A stretch of 64,000 bases of DNA from the IMG/VR virus record IMGVR_UViG_3300025138_000013; one strand, given 5' to 3'. A program made the translations under genes and the position numbers. The notes under the pieces were generated by a model. It saw only the letters and a list, made by a program, of their open reading frames with translations. It made no database searches and was not told the origin of the DNA. The stretch comes from a virus. Position 1 is the first letter of the stretch. The number at the start of each line of letters is the position of its first letter. Shown here piece after piece: positions 19,905-29,090 of this stretch.

Positions 19905-20170
19905 GAGACCCACTAAGAGTAGACGAAGCTTATTACATTAACCACCAAACAGATTATTCGAAATTTGCAGATGCAGTTATGGATGTTGGGCCTGCCCCAT
20001 GCACCTTCCATAATTGTTCCAAGTATCAAGAATGTAAAACAGAAGAAAAGGAATGTTTTGCATTTAGAATATGGGTCAACAAAGGTGAGAAATATTTGAC
20101 TGAGAAAAATAAAAAAGGTGTAGTAAAATGCCTAGAGAAGATGGGAACTAGATTTGAAGAGCTTAAATAA
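19901..20170 (+). CDS. Cys-rich small protein (possible metal binding)
   Basis: PCTFHNCSKYQECKTEEKECFAF; ATGA overlap. Confidence 0.65.
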   Translation: MRDPLRVDEAYYINHQTDYSKFADAVMDVGPAPCTFHNCSKYQECKTEEKECFAFRIWVNKGEKYLTEKNKKGVVKCLEKMGTRFEELK

Positions 20171-20172
20171 CA

Positions 20173-20205
20173 GCCTTGACAATGCCATCAGCTTTTTAGT
20201 ATACT
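20173..20205 (+). promoter_or_regulatory. Early promoter, GCCTTGACRATGCC class (copy 3)
   Basis: TTGACA - 18 nt - TATACT. Confidence 0.75.
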
Positions 20206-20242
20206 ATAAAAGATGAGAAAACAAATTGAAAACGGAGACTAT

Positions 20243-21481
20243 ATGACAAATTCAATTGATGTAAACGGTAAGAAATTTTCTTACACACCCGACAGGGCTG
20301 AGTTTTTGGGAGAACTCGTTACGAAATTCCCTAACCAAACTTCCTTTGGAAGGAAAGAAATCAAAGATGCCTTTGATGGATATTTCCCTTCATGGATTAA
20401 ATCCTCGAAGTATGACTTCAAAGAAGCTCAAGAGACTGGGCCTTTGATGTACAATCTTCATGCAGTTATCACTGGTTATAATGGTGGGTATTCAGATGAT
20501 GCCAACGTTGTTCCAATGAAACCTGCTCCAATTGCAGCTGTTGCTTCCCCAAGTAACATGCCAGTTGCAGCTCAAACAGAGTCAGTCAATCTACTCGACG
20601 ATGGTGTAAAAATTATTCCCGAGAAGATGTCTAACTATGTTCCTTTCGGACATTTCAAAGATGTCAAGAACATTATTAAATCCAAAATCTTCTTTCCAGT
20701 ATTCGTTACTGGTTTGAGTGGTAATGGTAAAACTCTTATGATTGAACAAACATGTGCTCAATTGAGGAGAGAACTCTACAGGGTTAACATCACCATCGAG
20801 ACAGATGAAGATGACCTAATGGGTGGTCACACTTTAGTCAACGGTAACGTTGTCTTCAGAGAAGGGCCAGTTATCAAAGCAATGAGAAAAGGTGCTGTAC
20901 TTCTATTAGACGAAGTCGACCTTGGTTCAAACAAGTTGATGTGTCTACAATCAGTTCTTGAAGGTAAAGGATACCTAATCAAGAAAACTGGTGAGTGGGT
21001 TTCACCTACTGCTGGGTTTACAATCCTTGCAACTGCAAACACTAAAGGACAAGGTTCCGATGATGGAAAGTTCATAGGAACTCAAATCATGAATGAAGCC
21101 ATGTTGGAAAGATTTGCAATCACAATGCAACAAGAATATCCACCAGTGAAAACTGAGAAGTCAATCCTTTCAAAAGAAATGGAATTGACTGGTGACGTTG
21201 ATGCAGACTTCGTTGAGAAGCTTGTTGACTGGGCTGACATTATCAGAAAAACATATTACGAAGGTGGTATTGATGATGTTGTTACGACTAGAAGATTGGT
21301 TCACATTGTCAATGCATTCAGAATGTTTAATGACAAACTCAAGTCAATCACCATGTGTATTTCAAGGTTCGACGAAGAGACTAGAAATAGTATCCTCGAC
21401 CTCTACTCCAAGATTGATGCTGGAATTGATTTGAATGCTGAAGATAATTCAGAAAACCCTGTTGACGAAACAGGGTACTAG
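20243..21481 (+). CDS. cobS: CobS-like MoxR-family AAA+ ATPase
   Basis: GLSGNGKT, LLLDEVD, ATANTKG, LERF; GGAG SD before 20243 (20213 is an alternative start). Confidence 0.88.
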   Translation: MTNSIDVNGKKFSYTPDRAEFLGELVTKFPNQTSFGRKEIKDAFDGYFPSWIKSSKYDFKEAQETGPLMYNLHAVITGYNGGYSDDANVVPMKPAPIAAVASPSNMPVAAQTESVNLLDDGVKIIPEKMSNYVPFGHFKDVKNIIKSKIFFPVFVTGLSGNGKTLMIEQTCAQLRRELYRVNITIETDEDDLMGGHTLVNGNVVFREGPVIKAMRKGAVLLLDEVDLGSNKLMCLQSVLEGKGYLIKKTGEWVSPTAGFTILATANTKGQGSDDGKFIGTQIMNEAMLERFAITMQQEYPPVKTEKSILSKEMELTGDVDADFVEKLVDWADIIRKTYYEGGIDDVVTTRRLVHIVNAFRMFNDKLKSITMCISRFDEETRNSILDLYSKIDAGIDLNAEDNSENPVDETGY

Positions 21482-21496
21482 GAGTATACTAGTAAC

Positions 21497-21793
21497 ATGT
21501 TCGGTAAAAAAGTTCAAACAATTGATTACAAATACAATGAGCAAGAACTCCTCAAGGAGTTCAAGCTCTATGTTGACAAAACATACGGTGAACATTATTC
21601 CAAAGATAAGTTTCAGGCAACTGAGTTTATCATGGATGGTGGTCACGGTGAAGGATTCTGTATCGGGAACGTGATGAAATATGCACAACGATATGGCAAG
21701 AAGGGTGGTTATAATCGTGCTGACCTTCTCAAGGTAATTCATTATGGATTCCTTGCTTTGTACAATCACGATAATTATAAGGAGACTAACTAG
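21497..21793 (+). CDS. DUF3310-like protein (T7 gp1.7-related)
   Basis: HYS...GFCIGNVMKYAQRYGKK...DLLKVIHY. Confidence 0.75.
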   Translation: MFGKKVQTIDYKYNEQELLKEFKLYVDKTYGEHYSKDKFQATEFIMDGGHGEGFCIGNVMKYAQRYGKKGGYNRADLLKVIHYGFLALYNHDNYKETN

Positions 21794-21795
21794 TG

Positions 21796-22461
21796 ATGAA
21801 AATTAGTAATGATACAAAAGATGTTCTAAAGAACTTCTCAACAATCAACTCGGGCATTCGAGTCAAAACAGGCAACAAACTGGAAACTATTTCCAATATG
21901 AAAAACATTCTTGCAGTAGCAACTGTGGCTGAGGATTTCCCTCAAGACTTCAGTATCTACAACCTGCCAGAATTCTTAGGTGCGACATCTTTAATGGATG
22001 ACCCCGACTTCCAATTCAATGATTCTTCATTGTCTGTGGCAGATAACAATTCTTCTCTTGCGTATTTCTATGCAGCGGAAGGTATGGTGACTGCACCCGA
22101 CAAGATGATAACTATGCCAGATGCAGAGATTGAATTCAAAGTAACGTCAACACTATTGACTGACCTTAAGAAAGCTGCAGCTGTCCTAGGTGTTAACGAT
22201 TTGATTCTCAAATCAGATGGAACTAACGTAACATTAGTTGTTACAGATAAGAAGAGTCCTACTTCAAATACATTCTCAAGAATTGTAGGTGAAGGTGATG
22301 GAACTACTTATGACATGAATTTCAAGATGGAGAATCTTAAAATTCTAGACGGTAACTATGATGTTCAAGTATCATCAAAAGGTATATCTCATTTCAATAA
22401 TGCAGATGTAGACTTAGAGTACTTTATTGCACTGGAGCCTGACAGCAAATACAATGCCTAA
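21796..22461 (+). CDS. gp45: Sliding clamp
   Basis: LKNFSTINSGI, FSIYNLPEFLG, YFIALEPDS. Confidence 0.95.
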   Translation: MKISNDTKDVLKNFSTINSGIRVKTGNKLETISNMKNILAVATVAEDFPQDFSIYNLPEFLGATSLMDDPDFQFNDSSLSVADNNSSLAYFYAAEGMVTAPDKMITMPDAEIEFKVTSTLLTDLKKAAAVLGVNDLILKSDGTNVTLVVTDKKSPTSNTFSRIVGEGDGTTYDMNFKMENLKILDGNYDVQVSSKGISHFNNADVDLEYFIALEPDSKYNA

Positions 22462-22475
22462 CCTATATAATAATA

Positions 22476-22572
22476 GTGTGAATATTGTGCCAGTCTCTGC
22501 AATATACGCGGGAGTAGTCCTCACTCATCATTGGGTGGACTGCACTGCAAACTCGGTGGGGGGTTTGCTCCT
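22476..22572 (+). promoter_or_regulatory. Structured 5' leader of gp44 (candidate cis-regulatory RNA)
   Basis: Stems ATATTGT/GCAATAT, GTAGTCC/GGACTGC, GCAAACTC/GGGTTTGC and GGAG/CTCC; GC-rich island in AT-rich DNA. Confidence 0.65.
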
Positions 22573-23511
22573 ATGAATGAATTTCTCTATGTAGAAAAGT
22601 ATCGTCCTCAAACTATTGATGACACTATACTTCCGAAGGAACTTAAAGAAACCTTTAAGGAGTTCGTAAAGAACGGAGAGATACCTAACCTATTATTGTG
22701 TGGGTCAGCAGGTGTTGGTAAGACGACAGTTGCAAAAGCATTGTGTAATGAACTCAATGCAGACTTTATAGTAATCAATGGTTCCGATGAAGGACGATTG
22801 ATTGACACACTCAGAACAAAGATTAAGAACTTTGCATCCTCGGTTTCATTATCGGGTGGTGCAAAAGTTGTTATCTTAGACGAAGCAGATTACATATCTG
22901 CAGACTCAGTTCAACCAGCTTTGAGAAACTTCATAGAAGAGTTCTCGTCCAACTGTAGATTTATCTTTACATGTAATTACAAGAATAGAATTATTCCACC
23001 ATTGCATTCTAGAACTACGGTTATAGATTTTGGTATTACACCATCACAAAAACCTAAACTTGCACAGCAGATGTTACTTAGATGTAAAAACATTTGTGAG
23101 ATAGAAAACATTCAGGCAGATGAACGTGTCCTTGCAGAACTTATTATGAAGTTCTTCCCCGACTTTCGAAGATGTCTAAATGAGATTCAACGTTATGGTG
23201 TAAGTGGAGTTATAGATAGTGGATTGATATCAACCCTATCCGAAGAGAAACTAACTCCATTGATAAATAATATCAAAGAAAAGAATTGGTCTGCCATGAG
23301 AAAGTGGGTTGGTTCAAACTCTGATAATGATTTCAATTCATTATTCAGAAAAGTTTTTAATGCACTGGAACAGAAATTGGAACCCCAATCAATTCCAGCT
23401 GCCGTGTTAATAATTGCAGACTATCAATACAAGTCTGCATTTGCAATGGATTCAGAGATAAACTTTGTTGCTTGTCTAACTGAAATCATGGGAGAATGTA
23501 AATTCAAATGA
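22573..23511 (+). CDS. gp44: Clamp loader large subunit
   Basis: VEKYRP, GSAGVGKT, ILDEAD, LHSR. Confidence 0.96.
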   Translation: MNEFLYVEKYRPQTIDDTILPKELKETFKEFVKNGEIPNLLLCGSAGVGKTTVAKALCNELNADFIVINGSDEGRLIDTLRTKIKNFASSVSLSGGAKVVILDEADYISADSVQPALRNFIEEFSSNCRFIFTCNYKNRIIPPLHSRTTVIDFGITPSQKPKLAQQMLLRCKNICEIENIQADERVLAELIMKFFPDFRRCLNEIQRYGVSGVIDSGLISTLSEEKLTPLINNIKEKNWSAMRKWVGSNSDNDFNSLFRKVFNALEQKLEPQSIPAAVLIIADYQYKSAFAMDSEINFVACLTEIMGECKFK

Positions 23512-23774
23512 GTGAATATGATGATGTAGTAGATAGACAAAGGAGATTACTCCTTGCAGAAGAATGGGCAAAAGGTGTTAAGTCACTTCATGCACATGCA
23601 CTAACTTCCTGCTGGTACGATACTAGGGGTAACGATGGTTCAGTATTGGACATTGAATACAACAACGGTGTTGTTATGAGAGAGATTAGAGAGACAGGTG
23701 AAACTGTATTCTTTGGTGAACCTCTTAAAGGTGATGCACTCCTCTCAGCTTTCGGACAGAATACAGGAAAGTAA
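23508..23774 (+). CDS. Hypothetical protein inserted between gp44 and gp62
   Basis: ATGA overlap with gp44, abuts gp62. Confidence 0.7.
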   Translation: MSEYDDVVDRQRRLLLAEEWAKGVKSLHAHALTSCWYDTRGNDGSVLDIEYNNGVVMREIRETGETVFFGEPLKGDALLSAFGQNTGK

Positions 23775-24167
23775 ATGCAGAAACGAAATCCTTTCGATTT
23801 TGTTAAGTCGGTCTCTTCCGATAAAACTGATATCATGGTTGATGATATCGAAGAGAAAGCATATCAGCCATTTCTAATTAACAAATCTTTGTCTTACCAC
23901 CAAGATTCTGTTTTCTTTACTAACGAAATGAATTGTCGCCACGGTCTAGATAACCGTCTTCAGTATGTATTTTTCCTAAATACTTTACGAAAACGACAGA
24001 GATTTTCTAAATGGTCTAAACCATATGTTAGTAAAAAACTCGATGTCGTAAAAGAATATTATCAGATGTCAACAAGAGAAGCTAAAGAATTATACGTTCT
24101 CTTATCTGATAAAGAACTACGTGAGTTGAAGAACAGAATGAATACTGGTGGTAATAACAATGGATGA
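23775..24167 (+). CDS. gp62: Clamp loader small subunit
   Basis: YQPFLINKSLS, NEMN, LRKRQRFSKW. Confidence 0.93.
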   Translation: MQKRNPFDFVKSVSSDKTDIMVDDIEEKAYQPFLINKSLSYHQDSVFFTNEMNCRHGLDNRLQYVFFLNTLRKRQRFSKWSKPYVSKKLDVVKEYYQMSTREAKELYVLLSDKELRELKNRMNTGGNNNG

Positions 24168-24570
24168 TGCACAAGAAAAAATAGTTTCAGAATTAGTCGA
24201 AGTAACCTTTCCCGAAAAAGATGATTTCCTAAAGATTAGGGAAACACTTTCACGCATAGGTGTTGCATCAAGAAGAGACCAAGAACTATTCCAGTCATGT
24301 CACATACTACACAAACGTGGTAAGTATTACATCACTCACTTCAAAGAGTTATTCAAACTCGATGGTAAACCAACTAACATAGATGAGTCAGATATCGGTA
24401 GAAGAAATACTATCTGCAAGCTTCTAGCACAATGGAAACTTGTAACTTTGGTTGACCCTTCTAAGATAGAAGAACCAAATGCACCCCTTTCTCAAATCAA
24501 AATCATACCTTACAAAGAGAAAACTAACTGGAAATTGACAACTAAATACTCTATTGGTGGTTCTAAATAG
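24160..24570 (+). CDS. regA: Translational repressor RegA
   Basis: DDFLKIRETLSRIGVAS, QSCHILHKRGKYYITHFKELF. Confidence 0.97.
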   Translation: MDDAQEKIVSELVEVTFPEKDDFLKIRETLSRIGVASRRDQELFQSCHILHKRGKYYITHFKELFKLDGKPTNIDESDIGRRNTICKLLAQWKLVTLVDPSKIEEPNAPLSQIKIIPYKEKTNWKLTTKYSIGGSK

Positions 24571-24606
24571 ATAAATACTTCTGTTAAACTTTAATAGGAG
24601 AAACTT

Positions 24607-24801
24607 ATGTGGGACTTTATTAGTAGTATCTGGGCATTTATGTCAGCGATACCAGCAATTATATCTATATGTTCAGTCATTGTCATGATGACCGACACAC
24701 CAAAGGACGATGCTCTTTGGGCAAAGTGCTATAAATACATAGAAGTCTTTGCACTAGCAATAGGAAAGGCAAAGGACAAAAATCCATTATTGGATAAGTA
24801 A
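24607..24801 (+). CDS. Small membrane protein (possible holin-like)
   Basis: Hydrophobic N-half, TPKDD...IEVFALAIGKAK; late box plus AGGAG. Confidence 0.6.
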   Translation: MWDFISSIWAFMSAIPAIISICSVIVMMTDTPKDDALWAKCYKYIEVFALAIGKAKDKNPLLDK

Positions 24802-24818
24802 ATAATTAGGAGAACATT

Positions 24819-25070
24819 ATGGACGGTACAACAGGATTAGTATTACTACTCGTATTGGCGTTTGTGTTTTTCGTTGTTAAAGGAAAAGATAAAAAGGTTA
24901 AACCTAAATCTGTTCCTTCCAAAGCAAAACCTAAAGCACCTACAGTTGCAGAGTTAAAGAAACTCACAAAGAATCAACTAGTAGAGCTTGCAGAAAAGAA
25001 AAACCTTAAGGTTAAAAAATCTGGCGCAAAGGCTGCAGTTATCAACGAAATCCGTGAACAATTGAAGTAA
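24819..25070 (+). CDS. Membrane-anchored protein with Rho-N/HeH-like helix pair
   Basis: TM helix, Lys/Pro linker, ELKKLTKNQLVELAEKKNL...KAAVINEI. Confidence 0.6.
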   Translation: MDGTTGLVLLLVLAFVFFVVKGKDKKVKPKSVPSKAKPKAPTVAELKKLTKNQLVELAEKKNLKVKKSGAKAAVINEIREQLK

Positions 25071-25086
25071 CTCTTAATAGAGTTTG

Positions 25087-25117
25087 AAAAAGAGGGACGT
25101 TTATCGTCCCTTTTTTT
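25087..25117 (+). terminator. Intrinsic terminator
   Basis: AGGGACG-TTTAT-CGTCCCT followed by T-run. Confidence 0.85.
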
Positions 25118-25151
25118 GGCTTACAAGAAAGTAAAAAGAATAAATAATTGC

Positions 25152-25448
25152 ATGAATGAGATATTTGAGTTGATAGGTGAAGTGGGAGCCCCAATTGCTG
25201 GAAGCATAGTCATGGGATTTTTTATCTTTACTGTTATCAAACAAATCCTTGAGGGTGTTGTTGACGATATAAAAACGTTAACGATGTTCTGCAAGTCCTT
25301 AGAAAACCGTGCGAGAACAATGTCAAATGAAATGATTAAGATTGACATGTTAGTCTCGTCAGCACTTGAATTGAGACCCGATATAGAACGTATTGCACGT
25401 GCAGAAAACTTTATAGAAGACGGTAAGCTCGACGTAAGAAGGGATTAA
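25152..25448 (+). CDS. Small single-TM coiled-coil protein, first gene of curli operon
   Basis: TAAATA-N5-ATG; GAPIAGSIVMGFFIF TM. Confidence 0.7.
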   Translation: MNEIFELIGEVGAPIAGSIVMGFFIFTVIKQILEGVVDDIKTLTMFCKSLENRARTMSNEMIKIDMLVSSALELRPDIERIARAENFIEDGKLDVRRD

Positions 25449-25449
25449 C

Positions 25450-25767
25450 ATGGAAACTGAAGTTGTTGAAGTTGTAGCAAATACAGACCCCACGTTAGTT
25501 ACTCTACTTAATGAATATGGTTTTCCTATTGTCATGATGGTTGGACTAGGATATTTCATTTATTATATTTGGTGGTTCGTAGGTGAAAAACTAGAACCCG
25601 AAATAGAGAAACAACATTTTGCACTCATCAAAGTGATTGACCAAGTCAGAATGTTAGACCAAGATTTAATTCGTTTACAACAGAAGGTAGACGTGGTTCT
25701 CGAATATAAAGAGAACGCAAAAAAGAAAGAGGTTATGAATGCAGAAAATAGCAGCGATAATAATTAG
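25450..25767 (+). CDS. Small single-TM coiled-coil protein, probable paralogue of previous gene
   Basis: YGFPIVMMVGLGYFIYYIW; RMLDQDLIRLQQKV aligns with RTMSNEMIKIDMLV. Confidence 0.7.
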   Translation: METEVVEVVANTDPTLVTLLNEYGFPIVMMVGLGYFIYYIWWFVGEKLEPEIEKQHFALIKVIDQVRMLDQDLIRLQQKVDVVLEYKENAKKKEVMNAENSSDNN

Positions 25768-26200
25768 TGTTTGTTTTGCACTTAGTGTAAGTGCAGATGA
25801 AATTGTACACAAGTTTAAGAGTCCATCCTTTAATGGGATAGGAATATCTGCACATTATCTTACGATTGAGAACCAAGAAAAGTCAAGACGTGACAAGATA
25901 AAGCAAGACCTTGAAGATGCAATTGCAAAAGCAGATAGAGAAGCACAGAATACAACGCTTGCAAAATTTTTAAGAAACGTAGAGAGTAGAATCTACGCTC
26001 AGTTAGCAAAACAGTTAGTGGAGAATATGTTCTCTAATGGAACTGCAGCTGCATACGGTACATTTGTAATGGAAGGAAATACTGTTACATATGAAAGAAT
26101 GACTGGGGAAGATGGGGTTGATTTCATACGATTAACAATTGTTACTGAAGATGGGACAACAACGGTTTTAGATATACCAGTTGGTACAGGAAGCTTCTAA
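25739..26200 (+). CDS. csgF: Curli assembly component CsgF
   Basis: Signal peptide, mature N-terminus DEIVHKFKSPSFNG, FLRNVESRIYAQL, TTTVLDIP; directly before csgG. Confidence 0.85.
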   Translation: MQKIAAIIISVCFALSVSADEIVHKFKSPSFNGIGISAHYLTIENQEKSRRDKIKQDLEDAIAKADREAQNTTLAKFLRNVESRIYAQLAKQLVENMFSNGTAAAYGTFVMEGNTVTYERMTGEDGVDFIRLTIVTEDGTTTVLDIPVGTGSF

Positions 26201-26203
26201 ACA

Positions 26204-27112
26204 ATGAAAAATATACTAACAGTAGGACTACTAGTTCTACTCATGAGTGGATGTGCTAGTATTCCTAGCATGACAGACTCATGTGAATCTCTTGTTATGT
26301 CAAGAGTCGGCGAGTGTATTGAGAAGGCAGAAGTAGTAAATATACCTACTTATAGAGAGTTGGCTGATTTACCACCAGCGGATACGATGCCAGTTGTTGC
26401 AGTATATGCTTTCCAAGATAAGACAGGACAACGTAAGAGTAAAGATGGAATTGCATCTTTCTCTACTGCAGTAACCCAAGGTGCAGAATCATTTTTGATT
26501 GATGCCTTGAAGACTGCTGGAAAAGGTAAATGGTTTAGAGTAGTAGAAAGAACAAGTCTCGATGCACTTGTAAGAGAACGTCAGATTATTCGTTCTACTA
26601 GAGAAGACTTTGCAAACCAAGAAGGTAATGAAGATGCCCCAACAGGTATTCAACCTTTGCTGTTTGCTGGAATCCTACTGGAAGGTGGGATTATTGGTTA
26701 TGATACTAACATTGAAAGCGGTGGACGAGGCGCAAGATACTTAGGTATTGGTTCAAGTGTGTCCTACCGTAGAGATGTTATCACTGTATCGTTGAGAGGA
26801 ATATCAACTTTAACTGGTGAGATTTTACTGAATGTACAGACTCAGAAGACGATTCTAAGTACAGGCGGTGGTTATGATGTATTCCGCTTCGTTGATATGG
26901 ATACGAAGTTAGTGGAAATGGAAGATGGTAAAGCAGAGAATGAAGGAGTTACAAGAGCAACTCGTTCTGCAATTGAACTTGCCGTCTTGGAACTAATATA
27001 CCAAGGACACGATAGAAGTTTTTGGGTAATTAAAGATGGACATCGTCACCCACATGGAAGTCATGGTAGGAACGAACTACATCAAATAGAGGAAAAACAG
27101 GATGAAGAATAA
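26204..27112 (+). CDS. csgG: Curli secretion channel lipoprotein CsgG
   Basis: Lipobox LMSGC, VAVYAFQDKTGQRK, STAVTQG, WFRVVER..LDALVRERQIIR, GGIIGYDTN, GGRGARYLGIG. Confidence 0.95.
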   Translation: MKNILTVGLLVLLMSGCASIPSMTDSCESLVMSRVGECIEKAEVVNIPTYRELADLPPADTMPVVAVYAFQDKTGQRKSKDGIASFSTAVTQGAESFLIDALKTAGKGKWFRVVERTSLDALVRERQIIRSTREDFANQEGNEDAPTGIQPLLFAGILLEGGIIGYDTNIESGGRGARYLGIGSSVSYRRDVITVSLRGISTLTGEILLNVQTQKTILSTGGGYDVFRFVDMDTKLVEMEDGKAENEGVTRATRSAIELAVLELIYQGHDRSFWVIKDGHRHPHGSHGRNELHQIEEKQDEE

Positions 27113-27830
27113 ATTATTACTCATTATGTTAGCATTAGGAATGTCGGGGACAGCATTTGCTGGAGCTGATGATAACGAAGTATGGTTACAGCAAAGTGGT
27201 ACTGCATTGACATTGAACATAACTCAAAAGGGTTATGGAAACAAAGTTGGTGGTAATGACTTTAGTGGAACATCAATAGATATGCTATTGACTGGTGCTA
27301 CTAACAGTTTAACATTAGTACAATTCGGTGACAGTAACAAACTATACGGGCCTTTCATTGCAGATTCTTCAACAGTAAATTTAACTTTTACTGGTGACTC
27401 TAACTCAATGGATTGGAACGTTGGTTATCAAGGTTCAGCAGATAACTTAAATATGTTAGGAGCTGTTACAGGTTCATCTAACACATTTGATATTGATGTT
27501 GGATACGACCAGTCTGCAGAATACTTAAACTGGGACTTAGTAGTAGGTGGTTCAAGTAATGTATTCACTACTAAAATAGATAGTGACAATGCTGTTTGGA
27601 ATTGGACTGTTACAGGTTCAACAAATGACATCAATACTATACAGGCAGACGCAACAGATAATAAAATTACTGCAGTCTTAACTGGTTCAGGCAATGATAT
27701 AGATATCATTCAGAAATCGGGTTCAGATACAGGTTGTCCAAGTGGTCAATCATGTAGTGGTATTATTGATGTAAGCTTCGTGACTTCTAATGCAAATATT
27801 GACATCGTTCAAAAAGACGATAACGATTAA
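27102..27830 (+). CDS. Curlin-like beta-repeat secreted protein (CsgA/B-like)
   Basis: Signal peptide (..AFA), repeated hydrophobic-x-hydrophobic-x-Q/T-x-G-x-x-N units, C-terminal Cys pair. Confidence 0.75.
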   Translation: MKNKLLLIMLALGMSGTAFAGADDNEVWLQQSGTALTLNITQKGYGNKVGGNDFSGTSIDMLLTGATNSLTLVQFGDSNKLYGPFIADSSTVNLTFTGDSNSMDWNVGYQGSADNLNMLGAVTGSSNTFDIDVGYDQSAEYLNWDLVVGGSSNVFTTKIDSDNAVWNWTVTGSTNDINTIQADATDNKITAVLTGSGNDIDIIQKSGSDTGCPSGQSCSGIIDVSFVTSNANIDIVQKDDND

Positions 27831-28929
27831 TTTTCTTCTGATTGGTTCACTTGCAATTGCAGCTGAACCAATTGGTGAAATAGTCGAACAGAAAGGATAC
27901 GCGGGTTTACAGAGAGACGGTTCACAAACCATTCTCTCTGCATCCGAGTTACCCGATGTGCTGATGTATGATACAGCACAAACCGTAAACGGTAGAATGA
28001 AAATCCAGTTCAAAGGAACTGAAGAGTTGGATTTAACAGAACATACCAAGGTTTGGATAGACGAGGTTTATTACGACCCCGACCCATCCAAGTCCAAAAT
28101 GGCCATAAGAATGGCCCAAGGCACCGCCCGATTTGCTTCGGGTTTTGGTGGAAAAATTAAGAAAGCTAACATAAATATAACTACCCCGACTGCACAGATA
28201 ACAGTCAACGGCACCGACTTCACTACAAGTATTGATGAAATCGGAAGGTCACTTGTTATATTGCTGCCTGATAAATGGGGAGCTCCTTCGGGAAGTATTT
28301 TAGTTAGTAATGCAGGCGGTGAAGTATTATTAGATGAGGCCTATCAAGCAACTATGGTTTCTACATATGACTCATCACCAACTAAACCAGTAGTGGTTAA
28401 TGGGATTACACCCAGTTTAATTGACAACTTATTCATTGTCAGTCCACCCGACGAGGTGAATGAACAAGTTGCAGAAGAACAAAGAAGTAACGAGAATGAT
28501 AGTAACAATGTTCTTGATGTAGATTTCTTAGAGTTCAATGACCTAGAAGAAAATTACTTTGAGGATGATGAATTAGAATACACGGAACTCGACAGAGACT
28601 TATTAGATGTCGATTTCCTACAGGATTTACTAGATGTTGTCTTGGATATTGACCGTAAGGTTGGTATTGATAGAGAAGTATCTAATGCCTTCGGAGTGGT
28701 TCGTATTGACGGAACTCTACCAGGCTTTGATAAAGACACTCAATACAATACAATTGTAGACAAGGGTCTTGGTCAGATATGGTTCTACAGGGAAGTGAAT
28801 GGAATTATTTCTATTAGACTCCCTATATATGCTCAAGCAAGTATTAGAACTATAACAGACGAAAAAGAGTCACTAATTAGGGTGGGTGATGGTTCGTCTC
28901 TAAATATCACCATCACACAAACAAACTAG
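27790..28929 (+). CDS. FecR-domain exported protein with acidic linker
   Basis: DTAQTVNGRMKIQF, GTARFASG, ITTPTAQITVNGTDF, GSILVSN; start uncertain. Confidence 0.8.
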   Translation: MQILTSFKKTITINFLLIGSLAIAAEPIGEIVEQKGYAGLQRDGSQTILSASELPDVLMYDTAQTVNGRMKIQFKGTEELDLTEHTKVWIDEVYYDPDPSKSKMAIRMAQGTARFASGFGGKIKKANINITTPTAQITVNGTDFTTSIDEIGRSLVILLPDKWGAPSGSILVSNAGGEVLLDEAYQATMVSTYDSSPTKPVVVNGITPSLIDNLFIVSPPDEVNEQVAEEQRSNENDSNNVLDVDFLEFNDLEENYFEDDELEYTELDRDLLDVDFLQDLLDVVLDIDRKVGIDREVSNAFGVVRIDGTLPGFDKDTQYNTIVDKGLGQIWFYREVNGIISIRLPIYAQASIRTITDEKESLIRVGDGSSLNITITQTN

Positions 28930-28937
28930 GAGAATAT

Positions 28938-29084
28938 ATGAATATCATAGAAAAGTTCCGCTCATGGCATGAAACTCAAATCTTTGGATTTCAAAAAGCT
29001 ATGAGACTAGATGACTACCACATGATGTGGTTGGCATTCGGTGAGGGAGTTGTCTTATGTTTATTATTTCAATGGTTATTTTAA
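28938..29084 (+). CDS. Membrane microprotein (48 aa, not in ORF track)
   Basis: AGGAG SD; MNIIEKFRSWHETQ...WLAFGEGVVLCLLFQWLF. Confidence 0.7.
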   Translation: MNIIEKFRSWHETQIFGFQKAMRLDDYHMMWLAFGEGVVLCLLFQWLF

Positions 29085-29090
29085 ACTAAA

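Noticed and set aside
20243-21481. Cobalamin biosynthesis role for cobS
   Set aside because: No cobN or other cob genes; better explained as a MoxR ATPase partnering the vWA protein
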